Notes under the pieces: generated by a model
Seen by the model: only the letters and a program-made list of their open reading frames with translations
What the model was told of the DNA's origin: nothing
Databases searched by the model: none
Program-made: the position numbers and the translations under genes
Source of the DNA: Verrucomicrobiia bacterium
GTDB taxonomy: Bacteria; Verrucomicrobiota; Verrucomicrobiia; Palsa-1439
Direction: 5' to 3'
Length of the DNA stretch: 64,000 bases
Assembly: GCA_052146795.1 (NCBI GenBank)
Contig: JBKQMH010000175.1
Coordinates: 885-64,884, forward strand
Shown here: piece after piece, positions 18,443 through 31,517 of the stretch
Position numbering within the stretch: position 1 is the stretch's first letter
Layout: each line of letters opens with the position of its first letter

Positions 18443-20503
18443 CTACCGCGCGCTCAGTGCCACTTCCTTCGGCTCGGCCTTGGCGGGCGGGTCAATCCAT
18501 TTCCCATGCTCTTTAATCAACGTGATCAATTCGTCCACCGCCTGTTCTTCGGGAATGTGCTGTTTCACCTGCGTTTTGCCCACCCAAAGCGAAATCTTGC
18601 CCGGTGCCGTACCGACATAACCGAAGTCCGCATCGGCCATTTCTCCGGGGCCGTTGACGATGCAACCCATAACGGCAATTTTCACGCCTTTCAGATGGGA
18701 GGTGCGCGATTTGATGCGCGCAGTCACGGTTTGCAGATCGAACAGCGTGCGTCCACAACTCGGACAGGCCACGTAATCGGTCTTGAACGTGCGCGCGCCC
18801 GCCGCCTGCAAAATGTTGTAGGCCAGTTTGACTGATTTGAGCAAATTGTCTTCTCCCGTGACTTCCACGGCGTCCCCGATACCGTCACAAATCAACCCGC
18901 CGATGTGCGTGCTCGCCGCAATCAACGCGTTTTGTTGTGCATGGTGCGCACGTTGCGAATTGACCCGGTCACGGATTAGAATCGGCAAATTCAACCCGCG
19001 TTGATCAAGGGTTGCCGCCAGAATGCGGTACGCCGCGATCACGTCGAGTCCCTCCGCATGACCGACCGCGAGAACGACCTGGTTTTTCGGGAAGAGATTC
19101 AGTACGCCCGCCAGTGTGGCGCAATGGTTGGCAAATTGCTCAGGCGAGTCACCCATCACATCGAATTGTACTGTCAACTCGACGGCGTCCGTCAGCAACG
19201 CGGTCACATCTTCTTTGCCGTTGTATGGAACGTTGATTTTCTCCGCAACATCCGCCACGGGCAGCGTCACCTCCGCACTGTCCAGTTTCACCGCTATGGG
19301 TGTGTGGATGTGCCGCTTCCGCAACTCGGGCTTCAGGGCCGCAATCTTACCGATATCGGCCATCGTCTTGACGTGAAATTGCAGAATTTCGGCGAATGTG
19401 TCCGTCTCGGCGGTCGTGATCCGTTGGATGTCCCCGATGCGCACGGTCAGCGGCACGGGCAATTCGACACGTTGCGGATGGTCCTTGCCCATCCGCAAAC
19501 GCAATTCGCCGATAAAATATTCAGACGTGGGGCGGCGCGTATACACAAACGGATCGCGCTTCTCGACGACATGGATGGCCGGCCGCGTGGGCAACTCGCC
19601 CTTCCGTTGCAGCTCCCAAAGTTCATTGTACTTCTTGACGAGCTCCTGACAGACGGGAATTTCGTGGACGCTATCTTCCGTGAGCGATACACGCACGGTG
19701 TCCCCGATGCCATCTTCGAGAAGCGCGCCGATGCCGATGGCCGATTTAATGCGACCGTCTTCCCCTTCCCCGGCTTCGGTGACGCCCAGATGAAGCGGGT
19801 AATTCCAATCCGGGCCTTCCCGACCCATCCGCGCCACCAGCAGACGGTACGCTTCGATCATCACCTTGGGGTTACTGGCTTTCATCGAGAGGATGATCTC
19901 GTGGTAATTGTGTTTACGACAAACGCGGACGAATTCCAACGCGCTCTCGACCATGCCCAATGGCGTATCGCCGTACCGGTTCATGATCCGGTCGGACAAC
20001 GAGCCGTGGTTGGTGCCGATGCGCATCGCGCGGCCCAGTTCCTTGCATTTGAGGACGAGCGGCGTGAACGCCTTCTCCAGTCGTTCCAGTTCTTCCGCGT
20101 ATTGGCCGTCCGAGTACTCGCGCGTGGCGAATTTCTTGCGGTCGGCATAGTTGCCCGGGTTGATGCGAACTTTTTCGCACCAGAGCGCCGCTTCCATGGC
20201 CGCGGCGGGAACGAAATGAATGTCCGCGACAATGGGAGTGTCCAAACCGCGCTTCCGTAATTCGCCGACGATGTTCTTGAGGTTCTTTGAGTCGTTGATA
20301 CTTGGTGCCGTAATGCGCAGGATCTCGCACCCGGCCTCGATAATCGGAATGGCCTCGTTCACGCAGGCCTCCGTCTTCATCGTGTCGGAAATCAGCATCG
20401 TCTGGACGCGGATTGGGTTGTCCCCGCCGACTCCGACGCTGCCGACCTTTACTTCACGCGTGATGCGCCGTTGCCAAAAGAATGTGTTGCCACAGTAGTT
20501 CAT
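18443..20503 (-). CDS. ispG: 4-hydroxy-3-methylbut-2-en-1-yl diphosphate synthase, long form with A* insertion domain
   Basis: ORF track gives 797 aa. Start placed at MNYCGNTFFW (20503), which forms an ATGA overlap with the rseP stop. About 686 aa, two-part GcpE with a large central insert as in plant/Chlamydia/PVC-type enzymes. C-terminal [4Fe-4S] Cys motif CPSCGRT...GCIVNGPGE. Confidence 0.9.
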   Translation of the reverse strand: MNYCGNTFFWQRRITREVKVGSVGVGGDNPIRVQTMLISDTMKTEACVNEAIPIIEAGCEILRITAPSINDSKNLKNIVGELRKRGLDTPIVADIHFVPAAAMEAALWCEKVRINPGNYADRKKFATREYSDGQYAEELERLEKAFTPLVLKCKELGRAMRIGTNHGSLSDRIMNRYGDTPLGMVESALEFVRVCRKHNYHEIILSMKASNPKVMIEAYRLLVARMGREGPDWNYPLHLGVTEAGEGEDGRIKSAIGIGALLEDGIGDTVRVSLTEDSVHEIPVCQELVKKYNELWELQRKGELPTRPAIHVVEKRDPFVYTRRPTSEYFIGELRLRMGKDHPQRVELPVPLTVRIGDIQRITTAETDTFAEILQFHVKTMADIGKIAALKPELRKRHIHTPIAVKLDSAEVTLPVADVAEKINVPYNGKEDVTALLTDAVELTVQFDVMGDSPEQFANHCATLAGVLNLFPKNQVVLAVGHAEGLDVIAAYRILAATLDQRGLNLPILIRDRVNSQRAHHAQQNALIAASTHIGGLICDGIGDAVEVTGEDNLLKSVKLAYNILQAAGARTFKTDYVACPSCGRTLFDLQTVTARIKSRTSHLKGVKIAVMGCIVNGPGEMADADFGYVGTAPGKISLWVGKTQVKQHIPEEQAVDELITLIKEHGKWIDPPAKAEPKEVALSAR

Positions 20504-21906
20504 GGGTGTGAGGCCGGCTCCGTAGGCGGTGCGGTTTCCTCCGTTCCCGGTTTCGGCGTCATCTTGGATCGGCTGAACGCCAGCTTCTGAATGTCGAAAT
20601 ACGTAACGCATAACATGAAAGCGATTAACAGAACGGCAAATGTCATGGAGGCTGCGTGCACGAGCCGCGCGCTCAGCGGTTTGCGGCGCACGGCCTCGAT
20701 CGCGGCAAAGAGGATGTGTCCGCCGTCCAGCACAGGCAGAGGCAGCAAGTTGATGACGGCGAGGTTGATGTTCAGTAAAACCGCGATATGCAGTCCCTGG
20801 CGCAACCCGCCGCTCACGATGGCGTACCACCACCACGCCAAGATCCCCACCGGCCCGCTCATGCTGCGGGCCGTCATACCGGTTTCTTTGGAATGAGCCA
20901 GCCCTTTGACCATGCGCCCCATCGATACCAAGACCTCCTGGAATTGGGCCAGGGGCGTCAAGCCCGGCCGGACAATCTCCATATGATCGCCCAGTTCCAC
21001 ACCGATGCGCACGATCTCATATTTGGGGTCCATTTGCGGAACCACCACCAAGGATTGCATTACACCGGTGCGACGCACCTTGAGTTCGGTCGGCCGATCC
21101 AGACGCTTGCCAAACAATTCATGCAACTGGTCCGAGCTATAAATTGGCACACCTTCGACGGAGACGAATTCATCTCCAGGCACCAGCCCGGCTCGCTCCG
21201 CCGGCGAACCGGTGTCCACGCCCCGGGCGAACGGATGTTCACGAGGCCAGATGTGATCCAGTGTCTTGATGCTGAACTGTTCATTCAGCTTCGTCTCCAG
21301 AAGAAAGTCCTTTTGCTCGCCGTTTCGGTCGACCACCACGCGCACCGTCGGCTCGCGGCTGAAGGCCACAACTTCCATGAAATCGCTCCACGTCTTCACC
21401 TTCTGGTCGTTCACTTCCACGATGCGGTCGCCGGGGCGCACACCAGCCAGTTCCTCCGGGCTGCCCGAATCGACCCAGCCGACGACGGCCAGGTTGGTCG
21501 GCATCCCGACGTACCACAAAACCACCGCCAGCACCACGGCCAGACCGATGTTCATGAGCGGGCCGGCGATCGCCACCTTGAACTTGGAGGCAGGTGGGAC
21601 GGGAGGAAGATCTTCCGGTTTTGACTCCGTTTCCCCTTCGATCGTTTCCATCGGCGACATTTGCGGCAGCGCCACGTAACCCCCGAACGGAAACCACGAA
21701 ACTCGATAGTCGATCCCGTCCTTCGTGTATCCCCAAATTTTCGGGCCAAACCCCACCGAAAACCGCTCGATTTTCATTCCGCAGCGCTTCGCAACCAGAA
21801 AATGCCCCAACTCGTGGATGAAAATCGTAAGACCAAAAAAGAAAAGGACGAGAAGCGCGGGATACACCGCGTTCGTGATAAACACCACGACTGTATCAGG
21901 AGACAT
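20500..21906 (-). CDS. rseP: RIP zinc metalloprotease RseP (site-2 protease) with PDZ domains
   Basis: 468 aa. HELGH zinc motif in the first TM region. PDZ domains. C-terminal LDGG motif. Confidence 0.9.
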   Translation of the reverse strand: MSPDTVVVFITNAVYPALLVLFFFGLTIFIHELGHFLVAKRCGMKIERFSVGFGPKIWGYTKDGIDYRVSWFPFGGYVALPQMSPMETIEGETESKPEDLPPVPPASKFKVAIAGPLMNIGLAVVLAVVLWYVGMPTNLAVVGWVDSGSPEELAGVRPGDRIVEVNDQKVKTWSDFMEVVAFSREPTVRVVVDRNGEQKDFLLETKLNEQFSIKTLDHIWPREHPFARGVDTGSPAERAGLVPGDEFVSVEGVPIYSSDQLHELFGKRLDRPTELKVRRTGVMQSLVVVPQMDPKYEIVRIGVELGDHMEIVRPGLTPLAQFQEVLVSMGRMVKGLAHSKETGMTARSMSGPVGILAWWWYAIVSGGLRQGLHIAVLLNINLAVINLLPLPVLDGGHILFAAIEAVRRKPLSARLVHAASMTFAVLLIAFMLCVTYFDIQKLAFSRSKMTPKPGTEETAPPTEPASHP

Positions 21907-23071
21907 TGTCTGCTTCCTTCCTGGCCCAAAGGTCCGCCTTCAGTATAACATCCAATGTCACCGTTGCAACCCAGGAAGCCCCTGCTGGCCCGCCTTTGTG
22001 ATGCGCCCGCATGACCCTTTCCACGGTCTCAAAAATCTGCAGAAAGCCGATTTTCCCGTCCACAAACCTCGCCACCGCCACCTCATTGGCCGCGTTGAAC
22101 ACCGCCGGCATCGTTCCACCGGCGCGACCGGCTTCCTGCGCCAGCCGCAATGATGGAAACTTCTCCCGGTCCGGGTTTTCGAAAGTCAGTGACCCAATGT
22201 TGGCAAGGTCCGTTGGGGGCATGGAATTCGGCAACCGATGCGGCCACGTCAACGCGTACTGAATTGGGTAGCGCATATCCGGTACGCTCAACTGTGCCAG
22301 AATCGACCCGTCCCTGAATTCGACCATGGAGTGCACCACGCTCTGGGGATGAACCATCACGTCCACGCGGTCGACTTCGACGTCAAACAACCACCGCGCC
22401 TCGATCATCTCGAGTCCCTTGTTGAACAACGTGGCGGAGTCAATGGTGATCTTCTGGCCCATGTTCCAACTCGGATGCTTGAGCGCCTGTGCCACCGTGA
22501 TCCCGGCAAACTTCTCGCGCGGCGTCTGCCGAAAGGGTCCGCCGGATGCCGTGAGAATCAGCCGTTTTACGTCGTGCGGGTCGCGGCCTTCGAGACACTG
22601 GAAAATGGCGCTGTGCTCGCTATCCACGGTAAGCACTTTCACGCCGTGCTTGCGGGCCTCGCCCATGACGAGTTCGCCAGCCATCACCAGGATTTCCTTC
22701 GAGGCAACCGCCAAATCCTTCCCTGCCCGAATCGCCGCCAACGCCGGCTCCAACCCTGCTGTGCCAACAATTGCCACCAGCACAATATCCGCCTCCGGCA
22801 TCGTCGCCAATTCAACCAGCCCGCGTTCGCCTGCGTGCACGGGGATCTTCCCACCTAGGCGCCGCTTCAATTCTTCCGCCTTCTCGCGGTTCGTCATCCC
22901 GACAGCCAATGGCTTAAACTGGCGTATTGCCTGTTCCATGCCGTCGACGTTTTCACGCGACGCCATGCCAACAATGCGGATTTGATCCGGCAAATCCGCC
23001 GCCACCTTCTGCGTGCTCACGCCGATCGATCCAGTGCATCCGAGCAAGACAATGTTCTTTGGTTTCATCAC
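21896..23071 (-). CDS. dxr: 1-deoxy-D-xylulose 5-phosphate reductoisomerase
   Basis: 391 aa. N-terminal NADPH site LLGCTGSIG. Full-length Dxr similarity. Confidence 0.93.
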   Translation of the reverse strand: MMKPKNIVLLGCTGSIGVSTQKVAADLPDQIRIVGMASRENVDGMEQAIRQFKPLAVGMTNREKAEELKRRLGGKIPVHAGERGLVELATMPEADIVLVAIVGTAGLEPALAAIRAGKDLAVASKEILVMAGELVMGEARKHGVKVLTVDSEHSAIFQCLEGRDPHDVKRLILTASGGPFRQTPREKFAGITVAQALKHPSWNMGQKITIDSATLFNKGLEMIEARWLFDVEVDRVDVMVHPQSVVHSMVEFRDGSILAQLSVPDMRYPIQYALTWPHRLPNSMPPTDLANIGSLTFENPDREKFPSLRLAQEAGRAGGTMPAVFNAANEVAVARFVDGKIGFLQIFETVERVMRAHHKGGPAGASWVATVTLDVILKADLWARKEADNVS

Positions 23072-24171
23072 CGGAGCACCAGTCTCATGTACACATACAA
23101 CAGTGGCGCAGTGAAGAGGAGGCTGTCGATCATGTCGAGGCAGCCGCCGTGCCCTGGAAGGATCGTGCTGGAATCTTTGACCCCCGCCTCGCGCTTGACG
23201 AGCGATTCCGCCAGATCACCGATTACGGCAGCGCTACCGAGCAACAGCCCCAGCGAAACCATGTGAAGAAGATTCAATCCGTCCCGGGAGAGCTCGGGCA
23301 GGACCCGGAAGCACAACCATGAGCCGCCGATGGCAAACAGTATTCCACCGATGGTTCCTTCCCACGTTTTCTTCGGGCTGATACGCGGGATCATCTTGTG
23401 GCGACCGAGGCTTGAACCGATGAGGTACGCCCCGATGTCGGTGAATTTCGTGACCACGACCAGATACATGACCCAATACCGACCGTTGGCCGTCACGAAA
23501 TTGACGCGCGTGACGAAGTTCGCCAGCCACGCCACGTACATCAGTCCGAACAGCGTCACCGCCATCGTCTCAATGCCGTGCACATTCAGCTTTTGCGGGA
23601 ACTGGCGGATGAACACGCCCAGGGCAAAGATCAGCAGAATGCCGATATCGAAATCATACGACAATGCCGCGAAATCGGCGGTTGGTCGGGATTTTCTTAT
23701 GCCAAAGACAAACCAGCTTCCCGAAACCAGCGCGACCGTGCCGATCACACCCCAGACCTTGTACGAGGGCAACCCTTTGGCTTCGCAAATCTTGTAGAAC
23801 TCCCACACCGCGCGGGCGATGACCACATTCATAAAAATGTACATTGCGGTCGGCGGGAGCCAGAAGACCACCGCCAGCATGATGGCCCAGAGCGCCAGGG
23901 AACTGATCAGCCGCCATCGGAACCCACTGCGTGAGGGCGGCAATGTCGTAGCGACAGCATTGCTCGCGACATGGGGGGAAGGTTCACCCGAGGCGGGCTC
24001 GACGACACCGGAATTGCCGGAGGCGACGCTCACGCGGCCTCGTTCGGGCTGACCCGGCCGAACCGGCGGTCCCTGCCCCCGTAGTCCGCGAGCGCCTTCA
24101 GGTACTCGGACCGGCGGAAATCGGGCCAGAGCGTTTCGGTGACGTAAATCTCTGCGTACGAAATCTGCCAC
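23068..24171 (-). CDS. cdsA: Phosphatidate cytidylyltransferase (true start probably near 24030, downstream of ORF-track start)
   Basis: C-terminal CdsA signature LPGHGGCLDMIDSLLF. ORF-track start at 24171 would overlap uppS by about 140 nt, and the N-terminal 47 residues are Arg/Pro-rich junk, so an internal start (possibly GTG) is likely. Confidence 0.8.
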   Translation of the reverse strand: MADFVRRDLRHRNALARFPPVRVPEGARGLRGQGPPVRPGQPERGRVSVASGNSGVVEPASGEPSPHVASNAVATTLPPSRSGFRWRLISSLALWAIMLAVVFWLPPTAMYIFMNVVIARAVWEFYKICEAKGLPSYKVWGVIGTVALVSGSWFVFGIRKSRPTADFAALSYDFDIGILLIFALGVFIRQFPQKLNVHGIETMAVTLFGLMYVAWLANFVTRVNFVTANGRYWVMYLVVVTKFTDIGAYLIGSSLGRHKMIPRISPKKTWEGTIGGILFAIGGSWLCFRVLPELSRDGLNLLHMVSLGLLLGSAAVIGDLAESLVKREAGVKDSSTILPGHGGCLDMIDSLLFTAPLLYVYMRLVLR

Positions 24172-24761
24172 AGCAGGAAATTGCTCACGCGCATCTCGCC
24201 GCTGGTCCGAATCAGCAAATCCGGGTCAGGAATCGTGCGGGTGTACAGGTGCTGCGAGATGACCTTTTCATCCACTCCGGACACGTCGAGCCTCCCGCCC
24301 TTCACTTCCCGACAGATCGACCGCACCGCATCGACGATCTCCGCGCGTGCCCCGTAGCTCAGCGCGAGCACGAGCGTCAGGCCAGTGTTTTTCTTCAACG
24401 CATCGATGGATCTTTCCAGTTGGCGTTGTGCGCGCAGCGGCAACTCGTGCAAACGACCGATGGCGGTGAGCCGCACATTGTTCTTGTTCAGCTCGGCAAT
24501 TTCCTGTTTCAGGTAGAACTCGAGCAACCGCATCAATGCCGAAACCTCGGCTTTCGGGCGGTTCCAGTTTTCGACGGAAAACGCATAGACCGTCAAATAA
24601 TCGATACCCAACTCGCCGGAGACGCGAACGATCTCACGGACGCTTTCCGCGCCACGACGATGCCCCTCGATTCTGGGCAGCCCGCGCTCACGCGCCCAAC
24701 GTCCGTTGCCGTCCATGATCACGGCCACATGGCGGGGGATGTTTTTGAGGTGTGAAGTCAC
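24030..24761 (-). CDS. uppS: Isoprenyl transferase / undecaprenyl diphosphate synthase
   Basis: 243 aa. HVAVIMDGNGRWA motif and full UPP synthase similarity. Confidence 0.9.
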   Translation of the reverse strand: MTSHLKNIPRHVAVIMDGNGRWARERGLPRIEGHRRGAESVREIVRVSGELGIDYLTVYAFSVENWNRPKAEVSALMRLLEFYLKQEIAELNKNNVRLTAIGRLHELPLRAQRQLERSIDALKKNTGLTLVLALSYGARAEIVDAVRSICREVKGGRLDVSGVDEKVISQHLYTRTIPDPDLLIRTSGEMRVSNFLLWQISYAEIYVTETLWPDFRRSEYLKALADYGGRDRRFGRVSPNEAA

Positions 24762-24841
24762 TTGCTCTTGCGGTTATGTCAAGCGTTTCGGTGTTGATGT
24801 TACAAACAGGCAAACAAATTGAGCCGCCATCATCATATACA

Positions 24842-28703
<3,862 letters not shown>

Positions 28704-28749
28704 AGGAATTGCTGAAATCCATGCGACTTATGAACTGGAAACAGCACCG

Positions 28750-29235
28750 ATGATTTCAGCTCGTTCGCTTGGTCAGGCAGTCTTGGCCGCACTGGCCTTG
28801 CTCCTCTGCTCCTGCTCGCGGTTTGTCGTCGACCAGGGGAATATCAACCGTGACGCCGTGTCGCGTTGCGTCCGGAATATCGACGCGTGGAAGAAGGACC
28901 TGGCCAAGCTTGAGATGCTTGAGGGAAAGTTTGATCTCATTTCCGATCAGATCCGCCGCGATTACTCGAAAGCCGCTCCGGACGAGAAGAAAAAACTGCG
29001 CGCGCGGTTCGCCGATGTTCTCTCACAGACGGATCAGACCGAGACCGACGCCGACGCGTTATTCCGCGAAATCATCCGGGAGCTGGAATACGTCTCCCGC
29101 GACAAGCGAGCGCGTGCCCGGATCGCCGTGGTGACCACCCCGTTGCGAGACGCCGAAGGTATCCGCACCCCCGAGATCCAATACGCGATGGATGCCGTGT
29201 CCTCCCAGTTGCAGATCCTGCTGCGGGTCGATTAG
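28750..29235 (+). CDS. Putative lipoprotein
   Basis: 161 aa. Signal peptide with lipobox-like LLCSCS. Confidence 0.45.
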   Translation: MISARSLGQAVLAALALLLCSCSRFVVDQGNINRDAVSRCVRNIDAWKKDLAKLEMLEGKFDLISDQIRRDYSKAAPDEKKKLRARFADVLSQTDQTETDADALFREIIRELEYVSRDKRARARIAVVTTPLRDAEGIRTPEIQYAMDAVSSQLQILLRVD

Positions 29236-29347
29236 GCGGGCTGCCGATGATGCGCGCGGCGTCGAGGTGTTTCGTCGTGCCGCAGTTCTGGCACATCCAA
29301 CTGTCCCGCTCCATTACTGCTCTTGTCCAACGTTGATCTTTGTTCAT
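29236..29347 (-). pseudogene. HNH-endonuclease N-terminal remnant (copy 1)
   Basis: Strong RBS AAAGGAGTAGAGCCG-ATG, then MNKDQRWTRAVMERDSWMCQNCG, an HNH-type start (CxxC zinc-knuckle). The remainder diverges and runs into the convergent lipoprotein gene. Confidence 0.4.
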
Positions 29348-29466
29348 CGGCTCTACTCCTTTATTTTGATCGTGGGGAGTAGAGCGGATGAACGGTCGTT
29401 TGTAGCGACGCTGGGGGGTTCTGTCGTTTCCTGTTGCCTGCGTGCGAAGGAGTCGAAGCGATGGGG
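29302..29466. repeat. Imperfect direct repeat copy 1 (about 165 bp; contains HNH remnant start, RBS and upstream region)
   Basis: ccgctccattactgcTcttgTcca...ttgatc..tt...ctcctttNttttgatcgtg...gcgaaggNgt..g.g shared with 30709-30882. Confidence 0.6.
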
Positions 29467-29579
29467 AACCCGCTACTGAGGGAGCTGTGTGATGTTTTTT
29501 GGGATTGCTTCTGCTGTTGGAGAATGCGTAGACTCAGGTTTGTTTCGCCCCGCTTAAAGTTGCCGGAAGGAGAAGCGCA

Positions 29580-30536
29580 ATGAACCACAAAGCTGCGACC
29601 AGTTGGATGTCAATCGTCTGCATCTCGGTTTCTCTGCTCTGTTTCACGCTCCACTGTTTCGCCGGCGATGAAGATGCCCGACAGAAAAAACTCGTTCAGA
29701 AGCTAAATACCATCACGATTCCTGGGCTTAAATATCGTGAGGCAATGCCCTCTGACCTTCTTGCGTTCTTATCGGACGAAAGCAGAAGGCTCGACCCCGA
29801 AAAAGTTGGCGTGAATATCATTTTAGAGGGTGTGATTGACGAAACCAAAGTGACCATATCTGCGAACAACCTGTCGCTGTTTGATGCAGTGAAATACATC
29901 TGCCAATTGGCTGGTCTGACCTATCGCATTGACCCTAACGCAGTGATTATCACCAAAGGGGGCAAAACCGAATCGCTCGCGCAAGTTTCGGAGCTTCCGA
30001 CCAATATAACTGTCAATGGCGACACGTACGAAGATGTGCGCTGGCGACAGGTTACGCCAACAACGGTGACAATTTTCCACAAGACTGGCGTTGCGACCAT
30101 TCCCTTAGCAAGTTTGCCGCCTACTTTGCAGCAAAGATTTGGATACGACCCGCAGAAAGCAGCGGAATTCCAAGCTGCGGAAGATGCGAATGCAGCTAAA
30201 GCCTTAGCATCTAGGGACAGATTTGGACGCGTTTGGCATGTCGCTGAGTATGAGGCCCACAGTTGGTCAGGAGTTTGGGTTCGGCGCGGGAATAGTTTGG
30301 TTTTTGATGCAGAATTAAGAAGCGGTGATGCCCAAATTAACTATGTCGTTATGCTAACTGTGCAAGGCAATACAATTTACGCAGACAGGGTGCAGGACGG
30401 TCATGTTCGTCGCGGCGAAGGCCCGCATTCATACACCTATGTTGGAACAATCAGTGGTAATTCCGTAAGTGGGCGCACGACATTTGGTGACAATCCAAAC
30501 GGTGGTTGGGACTGGTACGCCACAATCGAACAGTGA
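29580..30536 (+). CDS. Secreted hypothetical protein (signal peptide; lower-GC)
   Basis: 318 aa. N-terminal signal peptide. GC about 48%. N-terminal region weakly reminiscent of secretin/TonB N-terminal (STN)-like folds. C-terminal half Gly/Asn-rich. Confidence 0.55.
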   Translation: MNHKAATSWMSIVCISVSLLCFTLHCFAGDEDARQKKLVQKLNTITIPGLKYREAMPSDLLAFLSDESRRLDPEKVGVNIILEGVIDETKVTISANNLSLFDAVKYICQLAGLTYRIDPNAVIITKGGKTESLAQVSELPTNITVNGDTYEDVRWRQVTPTTVTIFHKTGVATIPLASLPPTLQQRFGYDPQKAAEFQAAEDANAAKALASRDRFGRVWHVAEYEAHSWSGVWVRRGNSLVFDAELRSGDAQINYVVMLTVQGNTIYADRVQDGHVRRGEGPHSYTYVGTISGNSVSGRTTFGDNPNGGWDWYATIEQ

Positions 30537-30688
30537 CGTGGCGAAGCACAGCCATCGGCAAATATCGAAAATTCCAAAGGCGATACTAATAAACGTCCCT
30601 TGCGGTCTACGAACAAAAACGATACTCTCGAATGTTTCATCAATTTGGGGTTCGACTCAGGGGGGTCGTGGGTGCCCTGTCAGACGCT

Positions 30689-30751
30689 TTAGCGGCGACA
30701 TGTCCAATTGTACCGCTCCATTACTGCCCTTGCCCATTTTTGATCGTTCAT
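30689..30751 (-). pseudogene. HNH-endonuclease N-terminal remnant (copy 2, truncated after 20 codons)
   Basis: RBS AAAGGAGCCGGCGAGA-ATG, then MNDQKWARAVMERYNWTCRR-stop. Paralogous to copy 1. Confidence 0.35.
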
Positions 30752-30882
30752 TCTCGCCGGCTCCTTTCTTTGATCGTGTCGGGAGCCAGTTAGAGAATGA
30801 ATCACATCGGGGCGACCGTGGGTTTTGGATTGTGCCTTTGGTTGCCGTGCACGCGCGAGCGGCGAAGGCGTGCGGGTTTGGG
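30709..30882. repeat. Imperfect direct repeat copy 2
   Basis: See copy 1. The two copies bracket the secreted-protein gene 29580..30536. Confidence 0.6.
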
Positions 30883-30970
30883 TGTCGCTGTGCGGCGCGT
30901 GCGTGAGTCTGCGAAGGCAGCGATTGACAACTTCTGTAGAGCGGAGTTAAGGTAGGCGGAGGTTAAGGAG

Positions 30971-31438
30971 TTGTGTATGGCATCGGACACCGACCGCGAG
31001 AATCCTGAAAACATCCGGGCTCTTCATTCTGGGCTCGTCGCGAAACGGACGACATTGAACCAGATGATGTGGCAAGCTCCGGTTATATCTCTTACACGCC
31101 AAGCTTTTCTGTTGACCATTGCTTTTGGTGACGGCAAGAACATTTTCTACAGAATCATGAGCGGATTGGTCGCTATGTTAATCGGACTTATGTCTTGCCA
31201 ATTATTCCTGCGACATAAGAAGCTAGAGACTCATGCGACCTGTGAACTGTGCAAATTGGAGAAAGATTACTTCGGGCGGACTTTTCACGAGCGGCCCGAA
31301 AGTGGCCAGTGGCCCCCGTCTGCTTGGATGTCCCACCCCATTTGGAAGTGGGGTCTGATTCTAATCAGCCTAACAGGACTATTTCCATTGTTCGAATATA
31401 TCTGGCGAATTTGGCCGTGCTTGCGGCAGTGCCTTTAA
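30971..31438 (+). CDS. Hypothetical small membrane protein (lower-GC)
   Basis: 155 aa. Two or three hydrophobic helices. No family recognised. Confidence 0.4.
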   Translation: MCMASDTDRENPENIRALHSGLVAKRTTLNQMMWQAPVISLTRQAFLLTIAFGDGKNIFYRIMSGLVAMLIGLMSCQLFLRHKKLETHATCELCKLEKDYFGRTFHERPESGQWPPSAWMSHPIWKWGLILISLTGLFPLFEYIWRIWPCLRQCL

Positions 31439-31517
31439 ACTGGGGTCATGTTGGGTCGTCCTACAGCGGAGCGAGCGTTGAGCAGGTGTCGTTTCCTGCG
31501 ACAGTAGCCAGAGTATG

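Noticed and set aside
19001-20260. 419-aa plus-strand ORF
   Set aside because: Entirely antisense to ispG. Arg/Gly/Asp-rich composition typical of GC-rich shadow frames.
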